The position numbers were made by a program, and so were the translations under genes. The notes under the pieces were generated by a model, which was not told the DNA's origin, did no database searches, and was given only the letters and a program-made list of their open reading frames with translations. 64,000 bases of DNA, from positions 18,998 to 82,997 of the forward strand of contig CAIOYH010000010.1 of the NCBI GenBank assembly GCA_903862465.1, read 5' to 3'. The first letter of the stretch is position 1. The number at the start of each line of letters is the position of its first letter. Below, piece by piece: positions 10,223 to 20,046 of this stretch. The stretch is from an uncultured bacterium (GTDB lineage Bacteria; Bacteroidota; Bacteroidia; Bacteroidales; CAIWKO01).

Positions 10223-11302
10223 ATGGGTGAACGTATATTAAGCAAAATAGGTCCTGGTGTGGTTACCGGCGATGACCTTCAATATGTATTTAATAATGCC
10301 AAACAAAACCAATTTGCCATTCCTGCCGTCAATGTGGTAGGCACCAACTCCGTCAATGGCGTTATGGAAGCGGGCAAATTAGTAAATTCTCCCGTTATCA
10401 TACAGTTTTCTAACGGCGGTGGATTGTTTTATGGTGGTAAAGCTCTTGACAATGCAGGCGAAAAAGCTGCCATTGCCGGTAGCATCTCCGGTGCCATGCA
10501 CATACATCAAATGGCTGCATACTATGGCATCCCCGTTATTATACACACCGACCATGCCGCGCGCAAATTGTTGCCGTGGATAGATGGTTTGTTGGATGCC
10601 GGCGAAAAGTTTTATCAGCAACACGGCAAGCCTTTGTTTAGTTCGCACATGCTCGATTTGTCGGAAGAATCGTTGGAGCAAAACGTGGAGACCTGCAAAC
10701 GCTATTTGGAGCGCATGAGCAAAATTGGCATGACTTTGGAAATTGAACTCGGCATCACCGGGGGCGAAGAAGATGGCGTGGACCATAGCGACATTCACAG
10801 TTCGCGGCTTTACACGCAACCCGAAGATGTGGCGTATGCTTATAAACAGTTGAGCGACATCAGTCCACGTTTCACCATTGCGGCTTCTTTTGGTAATGTA
10901 CATGGGGTGTATAAACCCGGCAATGTGAAACTCGAGCCTATCATTTTGAAAAATTCGCAACATTATATTCAAGAGAAATTTCACACAGCGGCAAACCCTG
11001 TAAGCTTTGTGTTTCATGGCGGCAGCGGCTCCGAACCCGAAAAGATTAAAGAAGCGATTTCCTACGGCGTGGTGAAAATGAATATCGACACCGACACCCA
11101 ATGGGCATATTGGGAAGGCGTGTTGAAGTTTTATAAGAAAAACGAAGCTTATCTGCAAGGACAGTTGGGCAATCCCGATGGCGAAGAAAAACCCAACAAA
11201 AAATACTATGACCCGCGTGCTTGGTTGCGCGATGGCGAAAAAACTTTGGTAGAAAGATTAAAGATAGCCTTTCAGGATTTGAATGCTATTGGGAGGAATT
11301 AA
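10223..11302 (+). CDS. fba: Class II fructose-1,6-bisphosphate aldolase
   Basis: 359 aa. IPAVNVVGTNS, HTDHA, FGNVHGVYKPGNVKL and FVFHGGSG motifs. Confidence 0.93.
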   Translation: MGERILSKIGPGVVTGDDLQYVFNNAKQNQFAIPAVNVVGTNSVNGVMEAGKLVNSPVIIQFSNGGGLFYGGKALDNAGEKAAIAGSISGAMHIHQMAAYYGIPVIIHTDHAARKLLPWIDGLLDAGEKFYQQHGKPLFSSHMLDLSEESLEQNVETCKRYLERMSKIGMTLEIELGITGGEEDGVDHSDIHSSRLYTQPEDVAYAYKQLSDISPRFTIAASFGNVHGVYKPGNVKLEPIILKNSQHYIQEKFHTAANPVSFVFHGGSGSEPEKIKEAISYGVVKMNIDTDTQWAYWEGVLKFYKKNEAYLQGQLGNPDGEEKPNKKYYDPRAWLRDGEKTLVERLKIAFQDLNAIGRN

Positions 11303-11349
11303 AGAAGTACTTGGAGTGCCTAAAGTATTTAGTTAAAAGTTATAAAGTA

Positions 11350-11386
11350 AAAAGGCTTGCTGATGGGCAAGCCTTTTTGTTTTTTT
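11350..11386 (+). terminator. Rho-independent terminator after fba
   Basis: aaaaGGCTTGCtgatgGGCAAGCCtttttgttttttt: a GC stem followed by a T-run. Confidence 0.75.
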
Positions 11387-11545
11387 GCAATACTCGTGGG
11401 AAACTTTGTCCGTTTCACAATTCTATTCCTTCTTTAGTAACGTTTTCATAAAAAGGTGATTTAATTTGTTGCTCTTCATGAAACGTAATGGTATTTTCAT
11501 CTATTAATTAATGCATGCCAAAATCCCCAAATGATTACCAACGAA

Positions 11546-12286
11546 TTAAAAGTTACAAAGTATTTGAGCAAATACCATGCCTCCGGGAACTCCGAGTTCG
11601 CCATTGTTGCTTTCGTAGCGGGCAGCAAACCAAACAAAAATTTTCTCCTTTCCTGACAAATCAACACCTTCGAAGTTTACAGCTAAGCGTCCTCGGTAGG
11701 CATTGGCATAAAAAGTCAATTCATGGACACTTTTTGGTGGTTGTGTGCCAATATAACGATATACTTTTACAAACTTCATACCTTCAGGCAATCGAAGGCT
11801 AGTGGGCGTATTAGGATTAAATACTATGAGTACCATTTCTCCCAAAAGATTTTTCTGAATAATGACTGTTGGCTGTAAGGCTACCGTAGAATCACTTTTG
11901 CGATGTCCTGACTTCTTAGCAAGAGGAGTGCCTAGTTTAATATTTGCTACAGCCCAATCGCTATATTCGCCGTGAGCTATAATTTTAAATAGCAAACGGT
12001 GGCCACCCACATCATAGCCTGCATATTCGCGCAATGTTTTAATCGTGATTTTTATCGTATTCCTTTGTCCGGTGGTAATGGTTTTTTTATTTGCATAGGG
12101 TTCCAACAAGGGAGCCACAATTTCGCGCATGTTATGCCAAAAAAGACTTTCTTCTTCTGTCCAATGCCAATCTTGCCATTTGAAAGTCCCAATGCCGCCG
12201 GAACCTTCGCTACGTTGTAAATCATCTAATGCCATAATATAAATTATAGCTTCATAAATTTTCTGAGGGATGTTTGTGTTTGCCAT
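11546..12286 (-). CDS. Orphan hypothetical protein with FN3-like C-terminus; paralogue of 29914-30648; preceded by 21-bp array A
   Basis: 246 aa. Shares with 29914-30648 the N-terminal TNIP, a WT(E/N)E(E/D) segment, LPEG, and the C-terminal pattern aromatic-x-W/F...R...G(E/D)..G..(V/I)..QIL. No function recognised. Confidence 0.7.
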   Translation of the reverse strand: MANTNIPQKIYEAIIYIMALDDLQRSEGSGGIGTFKWQDWHWTEEESLFWHNMREIVAPLLEPYANKKTITTGQRNTIKITIKTLREYAGYDVGGHRLLFKIIAHGEYSDWAVANIKLGTPLAKKSGHRKSDSTVALQPTVIIQKNLLGEMVLIVFNPNTPTSLRLPEGMKFVKVYRYIGTQPPKSVHELTFYANAYRGRLAVNFEGVDLSGKEKIFVWFAARYESNNGELGVPGGMVFAQILCNF

Positions 12287-12366
12287 ACTGTTTCGTTTTT
12301 AATTGCTAGTATTCTGAATTTCTATCTGTTGTTATTGTTAATTAAAAAAAGAACCACACTATTTAT

Positions 12367-12625
12367 GTAGAACGTGTTCAACTATTTGTAGAAGGTGTTC
12401 TACGCTTTATAGAACATGTTCAACTTTTTATAGAACATGTTCTACATTATGTAGAGCGAGTTCTATGTTTCGTAGAGCGCGCTCTACTTTTTATAGAGCG
12501 AGTTCTATTTTTCGTAGAGCGTGCTCTACGTTTTATAGAACGTGTTCTACATTTTCTCGAACTAGTTCTACGTTGTGTAGAGCGAGTTCTACGTTTCATA
12601 GAACAGGTTCTATATTTTGCAGAGC
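12367..12625. repeat. Tandem array A: 12 full units plus 1 partial, exact 21-bp period, each unit carrying the dyad TAGARC-NN-GYTCTA
   Basis: Units start at 12367, 12388, 12409, ... 12598 with no indel, e.g. gtagaacgtgttctacgtttt. The array lies 80 bp upstream of the ATG at 12286. Confidence 0.95.
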
Positions 12626-12981
12626 TTACTTTGTGAAATTTAAGACACACTCCACACTTTTATCAATCTTTTCAAAAAACAATAAAATTTGTACTGTATT
12701 ATTTCACCTTAAGTGAGTTTCATTTACAATACGTATATTATTGCTATAATGTTTCTGAAAAAATAAATACACAAAATTATGGAAAAAATAGTTCAGTTGC
12801 GCATTTTTAGTAAAATATTTTTTATTATGCACACTTATTTTGAAATAAATTGTGATACTTGAATATTTGATGTAAGGAAGGAGGATAGAAACTTGAGACG
12901 GAGCGCCAGGGATACAAACAGTAAGTTGCTTTTTTATGATTAATGGATAAGGAAAGACATTCTTATAATGAACGCTGTCAG

Positions 12982-13749
12982 TTATTTTACTACTTCAAAC
13001 TTCCATCCTCTTTTAGCTTTATAATGTCGAGTAGCTGCTAGTTTGATTATTCCTGCGGGTAAAAAACAAATAACTTCAACAAATATAACCGCAACTAAAA
13101 CTAAGGTATAGGTCATATTGTCATACCCATTTACATCGTCGCCGTCCTCATCATATTTTAGTGGGAAAAATCGATTTTTCAAGGATAACAGAATTCCTGT
13201 TACCGCTATGGCTGATACCCCCATTACTAAAACATCACCCCCTCGATGTTTACTAATTTTTCCAATGTCATTTATTGCAATACGCTCAGCGTTTACCATT
13301 ATAAATGAATCCGAAATAGCCTTAATGCGTCCTTTCGCATGGAATGTATCTGAAATAGTTTCTAAATATACTTTTTGACCGAGTTCAAAAGAAACTTTAG
13401 CTGTTTGTTCCTGTCCATTTTTAACTTTTGTTCTTTTAGCTATTAAAACGTTCCTATGTAATAAAGTGTCAGTTTTTCCTTGGTGCGCAATAGAATCAAA
13501 TTGTGCTTTTTGTAATAATAGCGCTTTGCTGTTTTTATCAATTATCCAATTCTTTATCTGCGTTAAAGGCATATATTCATTCCGAATATCTTTTTTAAAT
13601 ACCATAGTATAAAAGATATTTTCACTATTCACTAATGTTATTTCGCAATGTATTGTATCGCCTTTCAACGTAATAATTTTGTCATTATAATTTTGTGCAA
13701 ACAATAATGAAAACTTCATAACAAGCAGAAAAATCAAGACTCTTTTCAT
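12982..13749 (-). CDS. Hypothetical protein with signal peptide and C-terminal TM segments
   Basis: 255 aa. N-terminal MKRVLIFLLVMKFSLLFAQ; two C-terminal hydrophobic helices. No recognised domain. Confidence 0.65.
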   Translation of the reverse strand: MKRVLIFLLVMKFSLLFAQNYNDKIITLKGDTIHCEITLVNSENIFYTMVFKKDIRNEYMPLTQIKNWIIDKNSKALLLQKAQFDSIAHQGKTDTLLHRNVLIAKRTKVKNGQEQTAKVSFELGQKVYLETISDTFHAKGRIKAISDSFIMVNAERIAINDIGKISKHRGGDVLVMGVSAIAVTGILLSLKNRFFPLKYDEDGDDVNGYDNMTYTLVLVAVIFVEVICFLPAGIIKLAATRHYKAKRGWKFEVVK

Positions 13750-13929
13750 AACAAACGATTTAATTTATGATGCTAGATTATAGGATATAGCTTAAATAAT
13801 ACCTTATATTTTTCAAGTTCAATTTGGATATTATCAGAATATACTTTGCTATTTTTGTTTAAAATCAAATTTCTTACCTCTCAAATCAAAAATCAAAAAC
13901 CACTTTAGATTAGACCGTGCCTATATCAC

Positions 13930-14008
13930 CAATGACCACAAATGACTATTAATGACCACAAATGACCATCAATAACAACAAATAACCATCAATGACCACA
14001 AATGACCC
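13930..14008. repeat. Simple-sequence block of ~10-11-nt words (AATGACCACA / AATGACCATC) directly 3' of tsaB
   Basis: caatgaccacaaatgactattaatgaccacaaatgaccatcaataacaacaaataaccatcaatgaccacaaatgaccc. The same word family occurs at 23761-23833 and, inverted, at 38461-38510. Confidence 0.75.
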
Positions 14009-14009
14009 A

Positions 14010-14711
14010 TTACTTCAACCCCTTCACATTCGGTGCTCCAGCAATAAAATCTTTCAAATAAAACGGCTCGAAATACGCTGTATTTTCAAACTCACTTCGA
14101 TTATATCTTTCCAATGCTTTCGGAATCATATATTGTGCTGAAAGAAAAACATCATCAATAAACTGAATCTTTTGAACACCTTCAAATAAAGTCTTGCATT
14201 TTTCGGCACCATCGCCAAAGCAAAGCAGAGAATTCTCTTGAAAATATTCGGAAAAGGATTCGGAAGTAATAATTTCGGCAGCAGTGGGTTTAAGTTCATT
14301 TAAACTTAAGTCGAACAAAGCATAATACACCTCCATTCTTCGAGCATCTATCATGGGGCAGAGCAATGTTTTGGTATCGAAGTCATGGTCGGGATGCAGC
14401 ACGCCTTGTGCCAACGAAAACAAGGTATTCACCGAAAGTAAAGGAATGTTCAGCGCATAACAAATGCCTTTGGCTGTCGAAACGCCTATGCGCAAGCCGG
14501 TGTAAGACCCCGGACCTTTGCTAACCGCCACTGCATCGAGCTGATGGATTTGCAATCCCGCTTCAGTCAAAGCCTCTTGAATAAAAACCGTAATCATTTC
14601 CGCATGCGAATTCTCGCGCTGCGTTTCTCTAAGAGCAAGCAGCCTATCGTTATCCGATAAAGCTACCGAACACGATCTCGTTGCCGTTTCTAAATGAAGA
14701 ATGATTGCCAC
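14010..14711 (-). CDS. tsaB: tRNA t6A37 biosynthesis protein TsaB (YeaZ)
   Basis: 233 aa. N-terminal ILHLETATRSCSVAL and GPGSYTGLRIG, typical of TsaB. Confidence 0.88.
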   Translation of the reverse strand: MAIILHLETATRSCSVALSDNDRLLALRETQRENSHAEMITVFIQEALTEAGLQIHQLDAVAVSKGPGSYTGLRIGVSTAKGICYALNIPLLSVNTLFSLAQGVLHPDHDFDTKTLLCPMIDARRMEVYYALFDLSLNELKPTAAEIITSESFSEYFQENSLLCFGDGAEKCKTLFEGVQKIQFIDDVFLSAQYMIPKALERYNRSEFENTAYFEPFYLKDFIAGAPNVKGLK

Positions 14712-14723
14712 TAAAAAATGTTC

Positions 14724-16088
14724 TTACTTTTTTTCCAAGAAGAGCTCCTTCTTATCCACCTTTTTCACCACCGAATTATCCTTCAGACTTTTGCTGATGG
14801 CATTATACGGTGCTGTAACAATTTCATCGCTTTCGGTGATGCCAGTCTTGATTTGGATATACATATTATCTTGTATGCCGGTTTTGACCTTAACCATTTT
14901 CACTTTGCCGTCATTATACACAAACACATACTCTTGCGCAGCCTTATGCTCTTTCTTAGTGTCGGCTTGCTTTGCCTCATCCGTTTGTGGTTTCTCGTCT
15001 TTCGTTTTGGCAGCCGCTTTGGCAGCCGAATCTTCTCGAACCGTCACAGCTTGTATGGGAACCGAAAGCATATTCACCACCGTTTCGGTTTGCACATCCA
15101 CCGTTGCCGACATGCCCGGACGGAAAGGCGAAGAATTGGGTCGTTTGGCATCCAACAAATCCAAATAGGTTTCGCGCAGGATTCGAATCTTTACATTAAA
15201 ATTCGTCACTTGGTCGGTGGTCAAACCTGTCACATCCGCCGAGTTGGCAATTTCGGTAACGATACCTTTAAACTTCCGATTGAGATACGCATCCACATCA
15301 ATAAGAGCCGTATCGCCAAGCTTCACGCGAACAATATCGTTTTCGTTCACACTCACGTTCACTTCCATTTCATTCAAATCAGCAATACGCATAATTTCCG
15401 TTCCTGCAAATTGCGTAGTACCCACCACACGTTCGCCTTGTTCGATACTCAGCTTGGAGATAGTGCCATCCACAGGCGCAAAGATATTGGTCTTCGAGAG
15501 GTTGGTGGCAGCTTCTTTCACCGTAGCATTCGTGCTTTGCACATTATATTGAGACGCTTTATAGGATTGCTCGGCAGCAGTAACTTCTTCTTTAGCGACT
15601 TCGTATGCAGATTTAGCGGCATCGTATTCCGATTGCGAAATAACCGTTTGCTTCCATAGGCTTTCGTTACGTTCAAAACTCAATTTCGCATTGATATATT
15701 GCGCATTCACTTGCGCCAAACGCGCTTTGGCATTGGCTTCGTTGGCTTTTTGCGAATTCAATGCCGCCTGCATCTGTTCGTAATTCGATTCGTAAATGTC
15801 AGGTTTTATCTTTGCCAACAAATCGCCCTTCTTCACCTTGTCGCCTTCCTTCACCAACAATTCCACCACTTCACCCGACACATCAGGCGAAATCTTAACT
15901 TCCACTTCGGGCTGTATCTTTCCGCTAGCAGAAACCGTCTCGATGATGGTTCGTTTGACTGCTTTTTCTACAGCAACTTCAATAGTTTCTTTTTTGCCGA
16001 TGCATCCTGTTTTTTTGCCAACAGCAAGTAGTATTACTAAAACAATTACGCCTATGATGGAATAACGTATGATTCTTTTCTTTTTCAT
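14724..16088 (-). CDS. Efflux transporter periplasmic adaptor (HlyD/MacA family)
   Basis: 454 aa. N-terminal TM anchor, lipoyl-like GEVVELLVKEGDKVKKGDLL, a long coiled-coil hairpin and beta-barrel C-terminal domains. Confidence 0.88.
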   Translation of the reverse strand: MKKKRIIRYSIIGVIVLVILLAVGKKTGCIGKKETIEVAVEKAVKRTIIETVSASGKIQPEVEVKISPDVSGEVVELLVKEGDKVKKGDLLAKIKPDIYESNYEQMQAALNSQKANEANAKARLAQVNAQYINAKLSFERNESLWKQTVISQSEYDAAKSAYEVAKEEVTAAEQSYKASQYNVQSTNATVKEAATNLSKTNIFAPVDGTISKLSIEQGERVVGTTQFAGTEIMRIADLNEMEVNVSVNENDIVRVKLGDTALIDVDAYLNRKFKGIVTEIANSADVTGLTTDQVTNFNVKIRILRETYLDLLDAKRPNSSPFRPGMSATVDVQTETVVNMLSVPIQAVTVREDSAAKAAAKTKDEKPQTDEAKQADTKKEHKAAQEYVFVYNDGKVKMVKVKTGIQDNMYIQIKTGITESDEIVTAPYNAISKSLKDNSVVKKVDKKELFLEKK

Positions 16089-16109
16089 AAAATATATTTC
16101 TTACAATTA

Positions 16110-17531
16110 TTAATTCAGTTTAAGAGGTTTCCCTTGATAGAAATCAAGTACTTTGATGCGAAAAACATAGTCATATTTCGCTTGCAAAAGCTCCGATTGC
16201 GCTTTTACTAGATTGTTTTTCGCATCATTATAATCTATGGAATTAAGCATACCCACATTGAATTTCTGCTCGGTATATCCAAAAGATTCCGTGAGCGCAT
16301 CCACCGATTTGGTGCCGGCATTATATCTGTTTAAAGCAGCTTTCGCATCGGCATAAGCTTGTTGTATGGTTTTAAACAAGAGGTTTTGGGTATTCTGCAA
16401 ACTTAATTGTGCACTGTTCAATTGAACTTTCGAACTGCCAATTGCGGTTTGCGTTTGCCATTTATTGAATATAGGAACGTTCAAATATAAGCCTATGGAT
16501 TTATTTTGATTCTTATCAAGCTGATCCCAAAATTTTGTTTTTGTGTAGTTATAATCGAAGGTTGGGCTGTAAACATTTTCACCTGACGCTGTATATCCAA
16601 TCAACTGTTGACCCGAAAGAGTATAACCTTGCATTGTTTGACTTGCTCCACTATATCCTGAACCATACGAACTATTTAAGGTAAGCGATGGGCTAAACAT
16701 ACCACGCGAAATTGCCAATCCTTTCTTTGCAATTTGCACTTTCAATTCTGCACTTTTAATTTCGGGTTGTATGCCCAATGCCTTGGCATAAATCGCATCC
16801 ACTTGTTGCATCAAGGAAGATGCATCAGGCAGAACCAAAACAGGTTTCACAATGTCAAATCCTGTGGTGTTTTGCAAATCCAACAATTGCGCCAAGGTCA
16901 AATATGCCATATCCAATTGATTCTGTGCATTCACTTTTTGTAACTCATCGGATGCTTCTTGCGCTTGAATCGTAAGTAAATTCCCTTTTGCTATGGTTTT
17001 GGCGTCAAAAAGCTTTTGCGTTCGTGCCACTTGTTGATGCGTAATTTCTAATTGATTCTTAGCGATTTCCAACAATTCTATGTTATACAGCACTTGCAGA
17101 TAAGCAGTGGCAATGGTCAACGAAATATCATTCTTTATTTTATCCAAATCATATTTACTCGCCAAAAACTCAATTTGCTTTTGCTTCAAACCATTCAACA
17201 ATTGAAGCCCATTGAACAAGGTAACATTCGCGCTCAAATAAAAATTATCCGATTGCACCGTTTTTGATGCAAACTGATTGGTGTACATATCCACCGTTTG
17301 CCCATTGTTATAGACAAGCGAGGCACTTCCGTTCACCGAAGGAAACAAAGCCGCAATACTCTGATGATATTGAAGTTTCGATAACACAGTGCTCAACTGC
17401 TGTTGCTTAATCTGTATGTTATTGTTCAAAGCGTAGCTGATGCATTCATCCAAGGTCCACACTTTCTGTGCAGAAACTGTCCCTTGGTAAGAAACAATAA
17501 TGACTAAAAAATAAAATATAACTCGTTTCAT
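16110..17531 (-). CDS. TolC-family outer membrane efflux protein
   Basis: Start moved to the internal MKRVIFYFLVIIVSYQGTVSAQ signal peptide (CAT at 17529-17531). It has the two OEP repeat halves typical of TolC and lies directly upstream of the adaptor gene. Confidence 0.88.
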   Translation of the reverse strand: MKRVIFYFLVIIVSYQGTVSAQKVWTLDECISYALNNNIQIKQQQLSTVLSKLQYHQSIAALFPSVNGSASLVYNNGQTVDMYTNQFASKTVQSDNFYLSANVTLFNGLQLLNGLKQKQIEFLASKYDLDKIKNDISLTIATAYLQVLYNIELLEIAKNQLEITHQQVARTQKLFDAKTIAKGNLLTIQAQEASDELQKVNAQNQLDMAYLTLAQLLDLQNTTGFDIVKPVLVLPDASSLMQQVDAIYAKALGIQPEIKSAELKVQIAKKGLAISRGMFSPSLTLNSSYGSGYSGASQTMQGYTLSGQQLIGYTASGENVYSPTFDYNYTKTKFWDQLDKNQNKSIGLYLNVPIFNKWQTQTAIGSSKVQLNSAQLSLQNTQNLLFKTIQQAYADAKAALNRYNAGTKSVDALTESFGYTEQKFNVGMLNSIDYNDAKNNLVKAQSELLQAKYDYVFRIKVLDFYQGKPLKLN

Positions 17532-17630
17532 GATTTCAAAATAAAGTACAAAGATAAATCCTTTACCGATGATAAATGTAAAAAATGTGCATTTTCTTTT
17601 TATAAAAAGCAAAATAACGAAATTTGTATG

Positions 17631-17638
17631 TATTTTTG
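17631..17638 (+). promoter_or_regulatory. Candidate -7 box TATTTTTG upstream of the M1 peptidase gene
   Basis: Matches TAnnTTTG, 32 nt upstream of the ATG at 17670. Confidence 0.4.
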
Positions 17639-17669
17639 TATGTTTATTTTATAAAAATATTTAAGACAC

Positions 17670-20039
17670 ATGAAAATTAAAACCCTGCTCCTCTCAACTG
17701 TATTGTTTTTTACTAGCTTATTTGCCGTTTTGGGGCAACAAAAATCCGTTGCAGACAGCCTTGATATTATCAATTACAACATCAATGTCAACCTAGTACA
17801 TCTAGCAACGCATCGGATTTCGGGTCATACCATTTTGAAAATAACCCCAAAAGTAAACAACCTAAATCTAATCAAACTCGATTTATTAAAACTCCCACCT
17901 GATTCAATTTTTTTTGGAACAACAAAAATAAATTCTTTCACCTACAATGATACCTTGATTCGGATAAACCTGCCAAGTCCATTAAATGTAAATGATACTG
18001 CTTTGCTCACCGTTTTCTATCAAGGAAGCCCCGTTATGGATGGTTCAGGATGGGGTGGCTTTTATTTCACGAGCGATAGCAGTTTTGCTTATAATTTAGG
18101 TGTTGGCTTTCAAGCCGTACCCCATAGTTATGGCAGAGTGTGGTATCCTTGCATTGACGATTTCACAGAACGCGCCACCTACGATTGTCATATCACTGTG
18201 AAAAGTGATAAAAAAGCCGTTTGTGGCGGCACCTTGATGTCTGTGGTTGATAATGGAAACAACACCAAGACCTTTTATTGGAAAATTCATGCGTCCATTC
18301 CTTCCTATCTTTCTTCTGTTGCCGTTGGCGATTATGTTCCCGTAACCGATACCTTTAATTCTATGACGGGGCACATCCCTATCAATATCTATGTCCGCCC
18401 GTCCGACACCACCAATGCAAAGAATTCATTCATCAATTTAAAACAAATACTCGCCATTTACGAAAATCGTTTTGGTCCTTTCCGTTGGGAACGTGTTGGC
18501 TATGTTGGTGTGCCTTTCAATAGTGGTGCGATGGAGCATGCCACCAACATTGCCTATCCTTTGGTATGCATCAATGGGGCATTAACCTACGAAAACTTAT
18601 ATGCCCACGAATTGTCCCATCATTGGTTTGGCGATTTGACCACCTGCACCACTGCCTTCGACATGTGGATCAATGAAGGTTGGGCAAGCTATTGCGAATC
18701 CATCTACAAAGAAATCCTTTACGGAAGAGAAGCTTATAAAACCAACGTCCGCGACAATCATCTCAACGTGATTCAAACGTCACACATCGTGGATAGCGGC
18801 TATCGCGCAGTATATGGTATCCCAAGCCAATTCACCTATTCCACTACCGTTTATGACAAGGGTGCCGACATGGTACACACCCTCCGAAACTATATTGGCG
18901 ATAGTTTATTCTTCAATACAGTAAAAGCAATGCTGAACACCCATGCTTTCAACAATATTTCTTCCATAGAGATGCGCGACTTCATGAGTACCTACACCGG
19001 CATCAATCTAACCGACTTCTTCGATGCATGGATTTTCAAGCCGGGCTTCCCACATTTCGCCATTGATTCATTTAAAGTCACTGCAACCAACCCTCAAACA
19101 AAAGTGCGTGTTTGGGTGCGACAAAGACTCAATCATGCCCCTGCCTTTGCCAATTCCAATCGTATCGAAATGACCTTCGGGAAAAACTCTTGGCAATTCT
19201 TCACCGACACCATTCAATTCTCCGGGCAATTAGGCAGCAAGGAATTCACCCTGCCTTTTGTCCCTGATTTTGTGATGATGGACTACAACGAAAAAACCTC
19301 CGATGCCACCACCGACATGGCAAAGGTGATTAAGATCACAGGTGTTCAATCCCTCCCCGCTTCCTTAGCCCTCATTGATGTCTCCGCTGTTCCCGATTCC
19401 GCTTTGGTGCGCATCGAACACAATTGGGTAGCTCCCGATCCCTTGAAAACGCCGAACCCCGATATTAAACGTCTTTCCGACTATCATTATTGGAAAGTGG
19501 ACGGCATCTTCCCTGCCACATTTTTCAGCAAAGGCAGATTCAAATATAGTCGCGTAGTGAATACAACTTCAGGAAATCTCGACAACATTTTGTTGCCCTC
19601 CACCCTATCTGTTGATTCACTTATAATATTGTATCGCAAATCCACCGCTTACGATTGGGCTGCAGTTCCTTTCACCAAAGCGGGCACCGTCAACACAGGC
19701 TATCTCATAGTGGACACCCTGCGCAAAGGAGAATACACTTTAGCTGTTGGCAAACCCTATCATGCAGGTATAAATAAAATCTCCGAACCCGTCGTGCCTT
19801 GGAATGTTTATCCCAACCCATCCAATAATTCTTTCACATTTTCGTTTAATGATACGGATAAAGCAATCATAAAAATCTTTGATTCTACAGGCAAACAAGT
19901 GGAAACACTTAAAGTTGGCAACCACAATCCCATCGTTACGTGGAACGCCAAACGCTTGCCTTCAGGAAACTATGTAGCGGTACTTTATTCCGAAAACAAT
20001 ACCATTCTTGCTAATAAAAAACTCGTCCTAATAAAATAA
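17670..20039 (+). CDS. M1-family zinc metallopeptidase (aminopeptidase N-like) with T9SS type A C-terminal sorting domain
   Basis: 789 aa. Signal peptide, GAMEH exopeptidase motif, HELSHHWFGD-x18-E zinc site. The C-terminus VYPNPSNNSFTFSF...GNYVAVLYS...KLVLIK is a T9SS CTD. Confidence 0.9.
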   Translation: MKIKTLLLSTVLFFTSLFAVLGQQKSVADSLDIINYNINVNLVHLATHRISGHTILKITPKVNNLNLIKLDLLKLPPDSIFFGTTKINSFTYNDTLIRINLPSPLNVNDTALLTVFYQGSPVMDGSGWGGFYFTSDSSFAYNLGVGFQAVPHSYGRVWYPCIDDFTERATYDCHITVKSDKKAVCGGTLMSVVDNGNNTKTFYWKIHASIPSYLSSVAVGDYVPVTDTFNSMTGHIPINIYVRPSDTTNAKNSFINLKQILAIYENRFGPFRWERVGYVGVPFNSGAMEHATNIAYPLVCINGALTYENLYAHELSHHWFGDLTTCTTAFDMWINEGWASYCESIYKEILYGREAYKTNVRDNHLNVIQTSHIVDSGYRAVYGIPSQFTYSTTVYDKGADMVHTLRNYIGDSLFFNTVKAMLNTHAFNNISSIEMRDFMSTYTGINLTDFFDAWIFKPGFPHFAIDSFKVTATNPQTKVRVWVRQRLNHAPAFANSNRIEMTFGKNSWQFFTDTIQFSGQLGSKEFTLPFVPDFVMMDYNEKTSDATTDMAKVIKITGVQSLPASLALIDVSAVPDSALVRIEHNWVAPDPLKTPNPDIKRLSDYHYWKVDGIFPATFFSKGRFKYSRVVNTTSGNLDNILLPSTLSVDSLIILYRKSTAYDWAAVPFTKAGTVNTGYLIVDTLRKGEYTLAVGKPYHAGINKISEPVVPWNVYPNPSNNSFTFSFNDTDKAIIKIFDSTGKQVETLKVGNHNPIVTWNAKRLPSGNYVAVLYSENNTILANKKLVLIK

Positions 20040-20046
20040 ATCGCTC

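Noticed and set aside
10379-11158. Long antisense ORFs inside well-supported genes. They include 10379-11158 in fba, 14718-15659 and 14701-15168 in the adaptor gene, 31979-32557 in gpmI, 34700-35254 in the GT2 gene, 35347-35799 in hflX, 41118-41843 opposite the methyltransferase, 28035-28496 (Pro-rich) in the Gly-rich gene, and 47465-47869 and 48572-49039 in glnS.
   Set aside because: The sense-strand proteins carry unambiguous family motifs. The antisense translations are low-complexity or Arg/His/Pro-rich with no motifs. They are the usual by-product of GC3-rich coding sequence.
12367-12625. Interpretation of the tandem arrays as CRISPR arrays.
   Set aside because: The units are contiguous 21-mers with no unique spacers. 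The period is far shorter than repeat-plus-spacer (about 60-70 bp). No cas genes or leader-like architecture occur anywhere in the window.
12447-12716. ORFs running through the 21-bp arrays that encode 7-aa repeat peptides. They are 12447-12650 and 12465-12716 in array A, 23336-23590 and 23352-23615 in array B, 30717-31415 and 30865-31140 in array C, and 49568-49816 and 49599-49880 in array D.
   Set aside because: A 21-nt unit without stop codons is automatically open in several frames. Two to four of the six frames are open in each array, on both strands, which is not expected for real genes. The peptides (RTRSTKN, VRLVPVS, MNINREL...) have implausible composition. There are no convincing start contexts or signal sequences. 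I keep this only as an alternative to be excluded by proteomics.
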